Shown: positions 40,001 through 49,055 of the stretch, piece after piece
Position numbering within the stretch: the stretch's first letter is position 1
Layout of the letters: the number at the start of each line of letters is the position of its first letter
Translations under genes and position numbers: made by a program
Assembly (NCBI GenBank): GCA_965226495.1
Contig: OZ245365.1
Location: 3,267,516 to 3,331,515 of the forward strand
DNA from: Candidatus Marinacidobacterales bacterium
GTDB lineage: Bacteria; Acidobacteriota; Vicinamibacteria; Marinacidobacterales; DATDRI01
Reading direction: 5' to 3'
Length of the DNA: 64,000 bases
The notes under the pieces: model-generated
Told to the model about the DNA's origin: nothing
Seen by the model: only the letters and a program-made list of their open reading frames with translations
Database searches by the model: none

Positions 40001-40923
40001 TGCCGGTAAACGCGGTAGGAATCCGAACTGACCCAATCGAACCGCGTGATCACACGGCCCGCATCGGAAACCGGCCCCCCCGACTCGGCATCGACGGTGA
40101 TATCGAATATGTGTTGGCCGTCGAGGGTGTGGATCTGAAATCGCCAGACCAAGTGGAGCCGGCGGCCAACCGGCAGCCACATCAATTCCGCTTCGATTCC
40201 GGTCAATGAAACATCCGCAGCGACGAGCGAAGTCTTCTGCTGGACACCGACCGGCTGCGAAGCAATGGAGGGCTGGCGGCGCACCGGAAGGTTGAGATGC
40301 GAGGCTGCCGCGGAAACCGCCTGCGCTGCATCGATGGCCGGCGCCGGAGAACTGAGCGGAGCCGCAACGTCGGGTACAAAGCCGTTTTGGACACCCGAGA
40401 TGCGACCCTCTCGGTTGAGGTGTACCTGTAGCGTCGCGTTGAAAACGGGCAGCCCCTGGTGCACTTGCCGCAGATAGACGTGGGTCGCGCCGGTCGCGGC
40501 GGAGAAGACTGCGTCCGTCACCTCGAGCTCGGCGAGGTCCGCCGCGTCCAGCCCCAGCAGCGTCGCGCGCGATCGAACAAAGTCCAAGGCGATATCAGAA
40601 GGATCTCCGGGCCGGGGGGCCGTTAGGTATCCGACCGGGTTCGAGAGACTACGTGTGACGCCGGTTACCGGATCCAATCCGTGGATCAACGAACCGTCGA
40701 GCTCCTGGCGCAGCGCTGTCAGGGCGTCGGTCTGCGCCGAGCGTGGCGTGACCGCGGCAGCCTGTGCCAATGAACGACGATCGTAACTGCGCCGGTCCTC
40801 CTGGCGTGGTTGTCCCCAAGCCAATTGACTGGCGAAAGGAGAGGAAACAGCAAGTAGAATCGCGAAACGCGAAAGACGACTAAAGGGGCCTACTGCGCAG
40901 AGTTTTCTCCGTATATCCGGCAT
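37036..40923 (-). CDS. secreted multidomain M36 (fungalysin-type) metalloprotease
   Basis: VIVHEYGHGISVRQVGGPGNSSCL...GEGWSDWFAL matches the M36 HEYTHG(I/L)SNR motif. N-terminal propeptide. C-terminal duplicated beta-domains and an Ig-like module. 1295 aa. Confidence 0.8.
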   Translation of the reverse strand: MPDIRRKLCAVGPFSRLSRFAILLAVSSPFASQLAWGQPRQEDRRSYDRRSLAQAAAVTPRSAQTDALTALRQELDGSLIHGLDPVTGVTRSLSNPVGYLTAPRPGDPSDIALDFVRSRATLLGLDAADLAELEVTDAVFSAATGATHVYLRQVHQGLPVFNATLQVHLNREGRISGVQNGFVPDVAAPLSSPAPAIDAAQAVSAAASHLNLPVRRQPSIASQPVGVQQKTSLVAADVSLTGIEAELMWLPVGRRLHLVWRFQIHTLDGQHIFDITVDAESGGPVSDAGRVITRFDWVSSDSYRVYRQPVESPQHTTPSPPAEARILATDPADPTASALGWHDTGSASYTVMRGNNVHAYEDSDANDSPPGSQPSCGASLNCDFPVDLSQEPSNYRSAAIANLFYWNNIIHDVQYQYGFDEAGGNFQVNNFSNGGAGGDDVRAEAQDGSGTCNANFATPTDGGRPRMQMFLCDNVSPARDGDFDNGVIVHEYGHGISVRQVGGPGNSSCLNNNQQGGEGWSDWFALVYTAEVGDAGLDARGIGTYLFGQAADGPGIRPQRYSTDPLVNSYTYESINGLSIPHGVGSVWAQVLWEMYWRLVDDHGFDPDLYDSTAGAGNHRALLYVNEGLKNTACSPTFVDARDGVIQVAVDNFSGEDVCALWEVFAAYGLGTDAVSGGSNSTSPTNGFNLPASCLTPPDPPTCPVGSIDFNAFTLEAYSNQDGTGELSIENDGDTLLIEGNRWRRSTDSFEVTTDTVIEFQFQSAAEGEIHGVGFDENQELSNDVRIFQFWGTQNWTGANQFSPRYSGSDEFETFSIRVGQFYTGSSMRLVFVNDKDAGSATNLGRFACVRVVGAANTPPSVTISSPPDNSSFMSGASVVFVGSASDTEDGVVTMNLTWNSSLDDAIGSGGSFSTTGLSLGTHTITAAVTDNGGLSGSDSIVVTINPDTGGCNDCIDWENTQTVSYSNQDRTGTVEPQEAGASLFLEGNRWRRTTQTVNVTPSTVIEFEFMSTSKGEIHGIGFDEDDTLNNNTRIFEIFGTQNWSGAFQNAQQYTSSDLGNFVSFRIKVGEFYTGSGMFLVLVNDKDAGTQNNNGTFRNVRIFEELPPVCGEILLATDFEAGPSGWFHSVPDSTCSTGDWMVGNPDQVVNSGVTTQLEDDHSATGVNAFFTQPNAGGAGTDDVDGGVCTALSTSIDANAHSDVQITLWYYFGQRDQGDDAAGDFFSIDVSTDGGSTFTTNLVSIGDVTLNAEWTQVATTVANPGDLVLRVQVSDGAGPGDLVEAGLDDIVICVPQ
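37617..38808 (-). repeat. internal tandem duplication of a roughly 150-aa domain within the M36 protease
   Basis: Protein segments SNQDGTGELS...LVFVNDKDAGSATNLGRFACVRV and SNQDRTGTVE...LVLVNDKDAGTQNNNGTFRNVRI are about 50% identical. They lie at about 38358..38808 and 37617..38067. Confidence 0.6.
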
Positions 40924-41182
40924 CGATTCGACCCCCGAAAAGAAAACGACATTTCAGCACAAGAGGCGCACCGGCACGGAAACTACTTAACCTAATTAGC
41001 CTTGTTAACCTGGAGAAGGGGTCCGTTATTCAATGGGAGGCTAGCACGCGCGTTTTGGAGAGTCAAGAACGCGGATGGTTCGGCGTCCCCTAGCCACTCC
41101 TCAGCGTGTCGAATTGAAACTCGTCACCCTGTAGATATGGTTGAGGGCTTTAGCACCACGCGTCTCGAAGTGGAGCGGAGAG

Positions 41183-41554
41183 TCACACCGCTTGCTGGCC
41201 GATCTGGGTAGCGAGCTGGCAAAACTTCTGGATGTAGGTCCGGAGCTTTTTCTTCCCTTCATCGGAAACATCGAGGAGCAGTAGGCCCATGCCCATCGGC
41301 AACCGCTCTGCCCGCGGCCCGGCCTGGTCGGTGCGCCAAACGACTTCGGCCTCCGCCGTCACCTCACCCAACGTCCATGGCATATCCAATATCACACCGA
41401 GGGATTCGCCGACCTCGGTAAGTTCCTCGGTTGCCAGAAAAGCTCCGGTCTCGCTGAGATTCGTGACGTAGCCTTCGAGAAGCTTGCCCCCGAGTTGAAA
41501 TTTGGCTCGAATGATCAGCGGGCTGACACGACGACTGATTCGTGTTTCATCCAT
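41183..41554 (-). CDS. PilZ-domain protein
   Basis: RRVSPLIIRAKFQL...GYVTNLSETGAFLAT matches the RxxxR...D/NxSxxG PilZ pattern. Confidence 0.7.
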   Translation of the reverse strand: MDETRISRRVSPLIIRAKFQLGGKLLEGYVTNLSETGAFLATEELTEVGESLGVILDMPWTLGEVTAEAEVVWRTDQAGPRAERLPMGMGLLLLDVSDEGKKKLRTYIQKFCQLATQIGQQAV

Positions 41555-41580
41555 TGGGTTACCCTCATCTTCCGTCCGTA

Positions 41581-43293
41581 CTACGCAGATAGCGTCGACT
41601 CGAACTGGCGAAGCTTGCGGTGTAGAAAGACGTTCTCCAAAGCCATCCCTGCTTGCGCCAGGAAGAGCTCGACACCTCTCAGTTTTCCGAGAGGCTTTCC
41701 GGATACTGGGTTGTCACCGTAGAGGATGGTCAAGACCTCCCGGTTGTTGAGCATGGGTAGCAAAGCGATCTCTTGGGCGCGGCCGCGGTCAATGACCGCG
41801 TAGAGAGAATCTTGTAGCCCGTCCACGTCGGGTCCTATCCGCAACGCCTTGCGAGTCAGAACCACTTGTGCCAGGCACTGGACTTTTTCCACGTCCAGGG
41901 CGATTTGCTTAGCCACCTCGTTGTTCACTCTGCCACCTCGAGTGAGCCCGAACCCGGCCACGTCCAGGGCGATTTGCTTAGCCACCTCGTTGTTCACTCT
42001 GCCACCTCGAGTGAGCCCGAACCCGGCCATGCCGGTGGCTTTGCCTTTTTTTATCATGAACAAGATGCTCCTCTCGAAAAACTTGGATGCTACGTGGAGC
42101 ACCATGCGAGATACGTCCAAAGAGCGCTCCGGGTTCGCGAACTGTTCAGTCATGGACGCGAGAAAGTCCAGCAACAGGGAGTCGTCCTCACGCTCGACGT
42201 CGGTAACCTCTTTGTCCGCTGGGCCCGATGGGTTGATCGTCAGATCGGTGAGGTGGCGCATAAGGAGAATCGAGAACGTCTTCAGATCGGCTCGGTACTC
42301 GTCTTGATCGAGTTTGGAAATCGTCGGCTTGAACGCAACTTTACGAATACCCAGCTCCTTTGCTCTTTCGCGTGCCTTTTCGGGGAGTCGATCTGTCATC
42401 AAGAGAATGGGTAATTCCAATCTGCTGTTTCTCAGTCTCCGCACCAGCTCGAAGCCGCCATAAAAACTCTTGCCGTTTGCGCTCGGCATGCGGAGATCGG
42501 AGGCGAGCACGACCCGCTCGCCGGCAGTCAGAAGTCTACGAACCAACTCCTCTCCCGCGTCAGGACTGGAAGCGATCTCGACGCGCAAACGCCGCGCCCG
42601 AAGCTCCTCACCTACGATGTCTGTCACCTCGGCTTCATCGTCCACCAGGACGATAACCACCTCAGACTGCGTTTGGGAGGGTGGTTCGGCCGGTTGGGCA
42701 TCTGGCGTCGGTTCTGCCGAGGAGACGGGCTGAGCCGATTGAGTCGGTTGAGATTTTCGGGCGATCTCCGGCGGCACGGGAACCGGCTCCGGGGTGGTCT
42801 GTGAAGTCGGTCGTTTTTCGGCTGCCGATCGTGGGCCGGTGCCGACGAACGCAACCGCATCGGCACGGTCCTCGTCCATTTCCTTGGCCGCATCCAACAG
42901 CAGGTGCTGTGGGTCGAAGCCGTCGTGAGCCAGAAACGGCGCGACGTCGACGCCGCCCAGCGTGGCGGTGAGATCGTCGGTCAATCGAAACAGAAAGGCT
43001 CCCTCTCGCATCGTCGTCAGCTCGCGGAACGTGACCTCGACGTGCCGCCGAAGCAAGGCCAGGCGGTCCCCAGTGTGATCTTCGCCAGTGAGCTGTCGCA
43101 AGTAGCTCTGTGTGGACCAGGAATAGGCGCAGAGGACAAGCCCGTTCTTGAAAAGAATCGCGCCACGACCGAGGGGACCTTCGACACTCAGATGGCCCGT
43201 CTTCTTGGAAAAGGCGACGATTTGGAGGATATCGGGAAGGGGGAGATCTTCTAGCCTCCCCTTGAGACCCTCGTTCTCCCGGCCTTGCGTCAC
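41581..43293 (-). CDS. DUF4388 - receiver-like - GAF-like regulatory protein
   Basis: N-terminal LEDLPLPDILQIVAFSKKTGHLSVEG (DUF4388). Central REC-like segment VVIVLVDDE...DLRMP. C-terminal GAF-like end LFLAQAGMALENVFLHRKL. Confidence 0.6.
   Translation of the reverse strand: MTQGRENEGLKGRLEDLPLPDILQIVAFSKKTGHLSVEGPLGRGAILFKNGLVLCAYSWSTQSYLRQLTGEDHTGDRLALLRRHVEVTFRELTTMREGAFLFRLTDDLTATLGGVDVAPFLAHDGFDPQHLLLDAAKEMDEDRADAVAFVGTGPRSAAEKRPTSQTTPEPVPVPPEIARKSQPTQSAQPVSSAEPTPDAQPAEPPSQTQSEVVIVLVDDEAEVTDIVGEELRARRLRVEIASSPDAGEELVRRLLTAGERVVLASDLRMPSANGKSFYGGFELVRRLRNSRLELPILLMTDRLPEKARERAKELGIRKVAFKPTISKLDQDEYRADLKTFSILLMRHLTDLTINPSGPADKEVTDVEREDDSLLLDFLASMTEQFANPERSLDVSRMVLHVASKFFERSILFMIKKGKATGMAGFGLTRGGRVNNEVAKQIALDVAGFGLTRGGRVNNEVAKQIALDVEKVQCLAQVVLTRKALRIGPDVDGLQDSLYAVIDRGRAQEIALLPMLNNREVLTILYGDNPVSGKPLGKLRGVELFLAQAGMALENVFLHRKLRQFESTLSA
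41892..42029. repeat. perfect 69-bp tandem duplication (2 copies), in frame
   Basis: The 69-nt unit cgtccagggcgatttgcttagccacctcgttgttcactctgccacctcgagtgagcccgaacccggcca occurs twice back to back. It encodes AGFGLTRGGRVNNEVAKQIALDV twice. Confidence 0.9.
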
Positions 43294-43642
43294 GACGGTC
43301 TCGCCTCTTTAACGACCCCCGCGCACAAAGGGCGGCGGGGTCGGCACAGCGCGGACTGAGAAAGGCTGGGAGGGGTCGCCACGCCGGCGGATCAAGCAAT
43401 GCGTGTGCCAGGGGCAGGACGCGCTTGGTTCGCTGATCTACTTGGGCGATAGGCGTTTACGCGAGAGGCCGAGATAGGAAGGTGGGGGAAACCGGGGGAA
43501 GCCGTAGAGTTTTCCCTGCACTCGCGGGATATTCCCCCTCGCCTTCGTTCGCCGCACTCAGTCCTTCGCGGGCGAACTACGGCGAGGCCGCGCCGAAGCC
43601 GTCGAGTGCCAAGACTCGAGACGACGGCGTAGGCGGGCCCCG

Positions 43643-44768
43643 CTACGACTTGTGCGGGGGCTCCCGCCGGCTCAAGAGAAAAGCCTTCATGAACGGATCG
43701 AGATGGCCATCCATCACACGATCCACGTCGCCGATCTCCTGTTTCGTGCGATGATCTTTCACCATGCGATAGGGCTGAAAGACATAGGAGCGAATCTGAT
43801 TGCCCCAGGCAATTTCCTTTTTTCCATCGTGTAGAGCCTCGATCTTTTCCTGCTTCTCTCGGAGCATTCGATCGTAGAGCCTGGCCCTGAGCACCTTCAT
43901 CGCGATGTCGCGATTGCGATGTTGGGAGCGCTCGTTTTGGCACTGCGTAACGATACCAGTAGGAAGGTGGGTAATGCGTACGGCAGAGTCGGTGACGTTG
44001 ACGTGTTGGCCACCCGCCCCGCTCGACCGGTAGGTATCGATGCGAATATCTTTCTCATTGATTTCCACCTTCACCTCTTCGTCGATCTCGGGAAAAACAA
44101 AGACCGAGGCGAACGAGGTGTGCCGCCTCTTCGCCGCGTCGAAGGGTGAGATACGTACCAAACGATGGACGCCCACCTCACTCGAAAGCAGACCATAGGC
44201 ATAGGGACCGCTAACGGTAAATGTTGCGCTCTTGAGTCCCGCCTCTTCACCTTCCTGATAGTCGAGCATCTCGGCCTTCCAACCCTTTTGCTCGGCCCAG
44301 CGCAGATACATTCTGAGCAACATCTCCGCCCAATCTTGGGATTCCGTCCCCCCGGCGCCCGGGTGGATGCTCACGATCGCGTTTTTCGCGTCGTTCTCTC
44401 CCCCCAGGAGCTTCTGGATCTCGGCGGCCTCGACATCCTGCTCCAGTTTCTCCAGATGCTTCTTGAGCTCTTCCGCAACCGTCTCCCCCTCCTTCGCCCA
44501 CTGGATGAGAGTGCGGACTTCCTCTTCGCTGCCGTTGAGATGATTGATCAGGTCCACGTCGCGCTGAAGGCGACTTCGTTCTCGCGATAACTGCTGTCCC
44601 TGGGCGGGATCGGACCAAACTGCGGGATCGGCCAGCTTTTGTTCTATCTCGGCGAGTGCTTTCTTGACCGCGGCTTCGTCAAAGGTAACCTCGAACGTCC
44701 TCGACCCGACTCTCGATCTTCTCGTACCGCTCTAGCAACTCGTCAACAGTATGTGGCGTATGTGGCAT
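43643..44768 (-). CDS. prfB: peptide chain release factor 2, with programmed +1 frameshift
   Basis: SPGAGGQHVN motif. N-terminal 25 codons in the 0 frame end at CTT TGA C (complement of 44658..44664). The main ORF continues in +1. Confidence 0.9.
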
Positions 44769-46300
44769 TAGGAGCCTCGCCGTCCCCTCTTGTCCCGGTA
44801 ATGGAGCGCGACTACCGCGACCCCGAAAAGCAATGTTACCACGGCCATCGAATGAGATAAAAGAAAGCCGTAGCGAACGAAGAAAGTTTCATCATGACGG
44901 AACGAGACGTTGCGCACCAGAAGCGCCGGCGTAAACAGATCTCCCCGGGCCAATACCCGGCCAAATGGATCGACGAATGCCGAGATGCCGGTGTTGGCGG
45001 CCCGGACCAAATACCTCCGCGTTTCGATGGCTCGCAGCACCGCCTGATTGAAGTGTTGGTATGGAGCCGCGCTATGTCCGAACCAAGCGTCGTTGGTCAC
45101 GTTGATCAAAAGGGCGGCGCCCGCTTTGACGAAACGCCGCGTCAGGTTCGGATAGATCGCCTCGTAGCAGACGAAAGCTCCGATATTCTCGCCCTCGACC
45201 GCAGCAACAACAACTTCGGTCCCGGCTGTGAAATTAGAGGCGCTCTGAACGACGGGTTTGGCGAAAAAAAGCAACGACCTGAGAGGGACGAACTCACCGA
45301 ACGGAACCAAGTAGATCTTGCGGTAGCGCAGCCGAACCGTTCCGTCTGGATCGAGAATCTTGATCCCGTTATAGGATCGGTAGTCCTTGGTCCCCGATAG
45401 AAACTCGTAATCGTCGCTGCCGAACAGGAGGGGCACGTTTTTGTCCTTCGCGAAATTGCGCATGTGCTGGGCCTCGACCGGCCCCCCGTCGAAGTAAAAG
45501 GGCGTCGACGATTCGGGCCAAACCACAAGCCGCACCCCTTGCTCGATGCCCTCGCTCGAAAGCTTCATGTGAGTGGCGAAAATCTGTTTTCTATATTCCG
45601 GCTTCCATTTGTGCTCTTGCAGCACGTTCCCCTGCACTGCGGCGACTGGGAAACTCGCCGTGGGAAGTGGGCGCGCCAGCTCCCGGTATCCAAATAAGAG
45701 CGTTGCCCCCACCAACGTGGCGACCGGTACCCCTGCCATCAACGCGCGCTTGAGCCCGGGCCGACAAAGCCAGTAAGCGATCAGGGCATTCACGAGCACG
45801 ATCAGCAGAGAGACCCCGTACACGCCGGTGAGTGAGGTGATTTGGACGACAGGCAGGAAGTCGGTCTGGCTAGAGCCGAGCAGACACCAGGGAAAGCCTC
45901 CGAACGGGTACTTTCGGAAAAACTCGAGCCCCACCCAAAGTATCGGAGAGACGAAAATCCCGCCGGCGCCGCCACGCATGCAGGCGGCCGCGGCGAGCCC
46001 ACCGAACGCCGTCGAGTAAAACGAAAGGTAGCCGACTAAGGTCAAGAGAATGGCCACGCTCGTAGGCCAACCGATTCCATCCCCGAAGCGAACCATGGTG
46101 TCGCTGATCCAATACAGGTTTCCAAGGTGGAAGAACAGACCGAAGAACGCCCCGGCCACCATCGCTTGCCGTGGGCGAACCTGGGTTATCTGGTAGAGGA
46201 AGGGCACCAAAGCGACCCACGCGAGCAAAGTCAGCCCGGCGCGCGGGAAGCAGAAGACCAGGAGCGTCCCGGAGAACGCCCCCGCCACCATGGAGCTCAC
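44768..46300 (-). CDS. lnt: apolipoprotein N-acyltransferase
   Basis: N-terminal multi-TM domain. C-terminal CN-hydrolase domain with VCYEAIYP. Confidence 0.9.
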   Translation of the reverse strand: MSSMVAGAFSGTLLVFCFPRAGLTLLAWVALVPFLYQITQVRPRQAMVAGAFFGLFFHLGNLYWISDTMVRFGDGIGWPTSVAILLTLVGYLSFYSTAFGGLAAAACMRGGAGGIFVSPILWVGLEFFRKYPFGGFPWCLLGSSQTDFLPVVQITSLTGVYGVSLLIVLVNALIAYWLCRPGLKRALMAGVPVATLVGATLLFGYRELARPLPTASFPVAAVQGNVLQEHKWKPEYRKQIFATHMKLSSEGIEQGVRLVVWPESSTPFYFDGGPVEAQHMRNFAKDKNVPLLFGSDDYEFLSGTKDYRSYNGIKILDPDGTVRLRYRKIYLVPFGEFVPLRSLLFFAKPVVQSASNFTAGTEVVVAAVEGENIGAFVCYEAIYPNLTRRFVKAGAALLINVTNDAWFGHSAAPYQHFNQAVLRAIETRRYLVRAANTGISAFVDPFGRVLARGDLFTPALLVRNVSFRHDETFFVRYGFLLSHSMAVVTLLFGVAVVALHYRDKRGRRGS

Positions 46301-46301
46301 G

Positions 46302-47054
46302 CTACTGGGTTATGTACGGCTTGAACTTCTCAACCTCGCGCAGCTGGACCGCCACTTGCTCGGCCTCTACACGACTGTCGAATCTCCCCACCCGCACACG
46401 GTACAGCCCCGCCGAGCCTCCTGGCTCGAGATAAGCTCGGTAGCTGGCGTCCTTGAGACGCTTCACCAGGGAGGCCGCCCCTTCTTGGGTCCTCAGTGCC
46501 ACGACCTGAATCGTAAATGCTCCCCGCTCGCCTCCGATCACGCCAGGATCGGCGGACGCCGGGCGCGGGGGCGGTGTCGACGTGGGAGCGGATTTCTTGG
46601 GCTTGGCTGATGCCTCCTTGGAGGCGTCAGAGATTGACCCCGCTCGCGCGCTAGGCTCGCTCGGTTTCCTCGTCTTCTTCGATTTCCTCGACGACGCCAC
46701 TAACTGTTCCGGGTTGCCGGCGGGACTCTGAAGCTTGGCGTCCACTTTCTCGGCCTCCAGTCGCTTCGGGAAATCGAGCTCACTGCGCACGTCGGCAGGG
46801 GGAACCGTGGTCTTCATCGACTGTCCGGACTCTCCCACCGGGGGCTTCGACAGGATGCTATTCCCGCCTGCGGCAAGCGTTGCATCCCGCACCCCGCGCC
46901 CGACCATCACTCCGCAGAGAAAGACGACCACGGAGATGGCTACCGCTGCCATGAAGAAAAAGACCAATTGTTTGTTATTCAACTGGACTTCGTAATAGCC
47001 TGCTTCTTCGTACTCGGCCATTTCAAACGACTCCTTCCCTTTCCTGCCCCTCAA
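46302..47054 (-). CDS. SPOR-domain protein
   Basis: N-terminal TM. Low-complexity linker. C-terminal SPOR fold FTIQVVALRTQEGAASLVKRLKDASYRAYLEP...YRVRVGRF. Confidence 0.7.
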   Translation of the reverse strand: MRGRKGKESFEMAEYEEAGYYEVQLNNKQLVFFFMAAVAISVVVFLCGVMVGRGVRDATLAAGGNSILSKPPVGESGQSMKTTVPPADVRSELDFPKRLEAEKVDAKLQSPAGNPEQLVASSRKSKKTRKPSEPSARAGSISDASKEASAKPKKSAPTSTPPPRPASADPGVIGGERGAFTIQVVALRTQEGAASLVKRLKDASYRAYLEPGGSAGLYRVRVGRFDSRVEAEQVAVQLREVEKFKPYITQ

Positions 47055-47119
47055 AAGATTTCGACTTCGTTAGTGTCTTCCTCGTAAAAATACAGCTAGC
47101 GACAATTGTCTCAACTCAA

Positions 47120-48253
47120 TCAGGCAAGGCTCGACGAACTGCTCGCTTGAATGCTAGCGGAGACCCTTTCTTGCTCCTCCTTGCCAAACTGACGTCCTAT
47201 ACCCAACAACAATCCATAGGTAAGCTCGTTGAGCCCATCGACCAGTATCGTTCTCTTCGCATCGTGTTGACGGTCGCCCAAGTTAGCCAGTAGCTGCTCG
47301 AAGTCGACACGGTCCGCACTACTGAGCTCGATCCCCTCGAACAAGGGAGCGCATTGCTTCGACACCTCGGCCACGATCCGGTCCGCGAACTCGCCTGCCT
47401 CGTCCCCCAACTTCTCTTTAAGGTAAGTTGTCAGAGTGTCGAAGTTGCGGTTGTAATGCTCGACGATTTCCTCGAGCTCGTACTCCCGCTCGACGGTCAG
47501 ACCCTTTCCCTCCGCGCCTTCCGCCCCCCTCTCCAGAACTCCGACCGCGACCAAACCGTAGAGAATTCTGAGCGTCTCGAAGTTGGAGAGGAAGCTCAAC
47601 GAGAGTACCTGCTCGAGGTTCATCGTCCCGTTCACCAGCGACAGAATCTGTGATTCGTCCGAGTCGAGCTCCAACTTGTATATAAGATTGTCCGCGTTGT
47701 CCGACACACGAAGGACTCGGTCGATGGATCCCAGACCGGCATAGATACGCGAAAAGTCGGTGATGCGGCGAATCCCCTCGAGAATCACATCTTCCGTGTT
47801 GAGTTGCAACGTGATCGGACCTTGTGCCGACAGCTCCTTGATGATGAACTCGTATTCCCCTCGCACCCAGTCGAAGAGCCCATAGACGATCTCTTCGACG
47901 TGCCCCTGGATCGCCGCAATCAGTTCATCAGGAGACAGAATGTTTTGGTCCACCATGATCGCCCCGAAGCGTTTGCCGGGCCGAACCAACTTGCTCCCCT
48001 CCAGGAACTGTCGGACGGTAATCTTTCCTTGCTTGATCAGATACTCGCCGAGCCGGTCGTCGGGGAGATTCGAGGTGGCGAAGATGACTTGCCCGTCTTT
48101 GAAATAGACGGCCTTCCAACGTCCCATGTCGTGGAAGTTAAGGGTCCCGGTCTCTCGGCTGCGGCTGATGCTAGCAAGCAGCTCGTGGAGACTGGACTCC
48201 GAGAGGGAGCCTCGTATACTGAGTTCCTCGTCCTGCATCGTCATCTCGCTCAA
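47120..48253 (-). CDS. DUF4388-domain protein
   Basis: N-terminal GSLSESSLHELLASISRSRETGTLNF...GQVIFA...LGEYL pattern. Confidence 0.6.
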   Translation of the reverse strand: MSEMTMQDEELSIRGSLSESSLHELLASISRSRETGTLNFHDMGRWKAVYFKDGQVIFATSNLPDDRLGEYLIKQGKITVRQFLEGSKLVRPGKRFGAIMVDQNILSPDELIAAIQGHVEEIVYGLFDWVRGEYEFIIKELSAQGPITLQLNTEDVILEGIRRITDFSRIYAGLGSIDRVLRVSDNADNLIYKLELDSDESQILSLVNGTMNLEQVLSLSFLSNFETLRILYGLVAVGVLERGAEGAEGKGLTVEREYELEEIVEHYNRNFDTLTTYLKEKLGDEAGEFADRIVAEVSKQCAPLFEGIELSSADRVDFEQLLANLGDRQHDAKRTILVDGLNELTYGLLLGIGRQFGKEEQERVSASIQASSSSSLA

Positions 48254-48281
48254 TGGCGAGCCGCGCTCGGAAACGACACCG

Positions 48282-49052
48282 TCACGAGTCGCTCCCCCGT
48301 CCTGGCGTGAGGAAGGATTGGATCAGATCGATCGGCAGTGGGAATATGATGGTCGAGTTTCTTTCCGTTGCAATCTCGGTGAGGGTTTGTAGGTACCTCA
48401 GTTGTATTGCCATCGGATGCTGTCCGACGATCTTCGCGGCAGCCGCCAGTTTCTCGGAAGCTTCGAATTCGCCGGCCGCGTGAATGATCTTGGCTCGCTT
48501 CTCTCGTTCCGCCTCGGCTTGTTTCGCGATGGCGCGCTGCATCTCCGGAGGCAAATCGACGTGTTTGACTTCCACCGAAGTCACCTTGATGCCCCATGGA
48601 TCGGTGTGTTTGTCCAAGATGTCCTGAAGCTGCATGTTGAGCCGCTCTCGCTCCGAAAGCAGATCGTCGAGCTCCACTTGACCAAGCACACTGCGAAGCG
48701 TCGTCTGCGCAAGCTGCGAAGTCGCATAAAGGTAGTTCTCTACCTCGACCACCGCCTTAATCGGTTGAAGGACTCGGAAGAAGATCACCGCGTTCACCTT
48801 CACCGAAACGTTGTCCCGGGTAATCACGTCCTGAGGGGGTACGTCGAGAGCCACCAAACGGAGGCTCATTTTGACCATCCGATCCATGGGACTGAAAACA
48901 AAGACGAGACCCGGCCCTTTGGGATAGGGCAGGAGTTTCCCGAGCCGAAAGATCACCCCACGCTCGTATTCGTTGAGAACCTTGAGCCAGTTGAGAAAGA
49001 AAATTGCTACAAGAATAAGGCCAATGACATAACCACTCAGCCCGAACGGCAT
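48282..49052 (-). CDS. SPFH/Band-7 stomatin-like protein
   Basis: N-terminal [15 protein letters not shown] and [18 protein letters not shown] stomatin blocks. Confidence 0.85.
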   Translation of the reverse strand: MPFGLSGYVIGLILVAIFFLNWLKVLNEYERGVIFRLGKLLPYPKGPGLVFVFSPMDRMVKMSLRLVALDVPPQDVITRDNVSVKVNAVIFFRVLQPIKAVVEVENYLYATSQLAQTTLRSVLGQVELDDLLSERERLNMQLQDILDKHTDPWGIKVTSVEVKHVDLPPEMQRAIAKQAEAEREKRAKIIHAAGEFEASEKLAAAAKIVGQHPMAIQLRYLQTLTEIATERNSTIIFPLPIDLIQSFLTPGRGSDS

Positions 49053-49055
49053 TGT

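Noticed and set aside
43294-43642. 350-bp GC-rich non-coding gap downstream of prfB/regulator containing GGTTCGCTG. Considered as a tRNA or other ncRNA
   Set aside because: No cloverleaf, no GTTCGAATC T-loop and no acceptor-stem complementarity found by eye. Cannot support an RNA gene.
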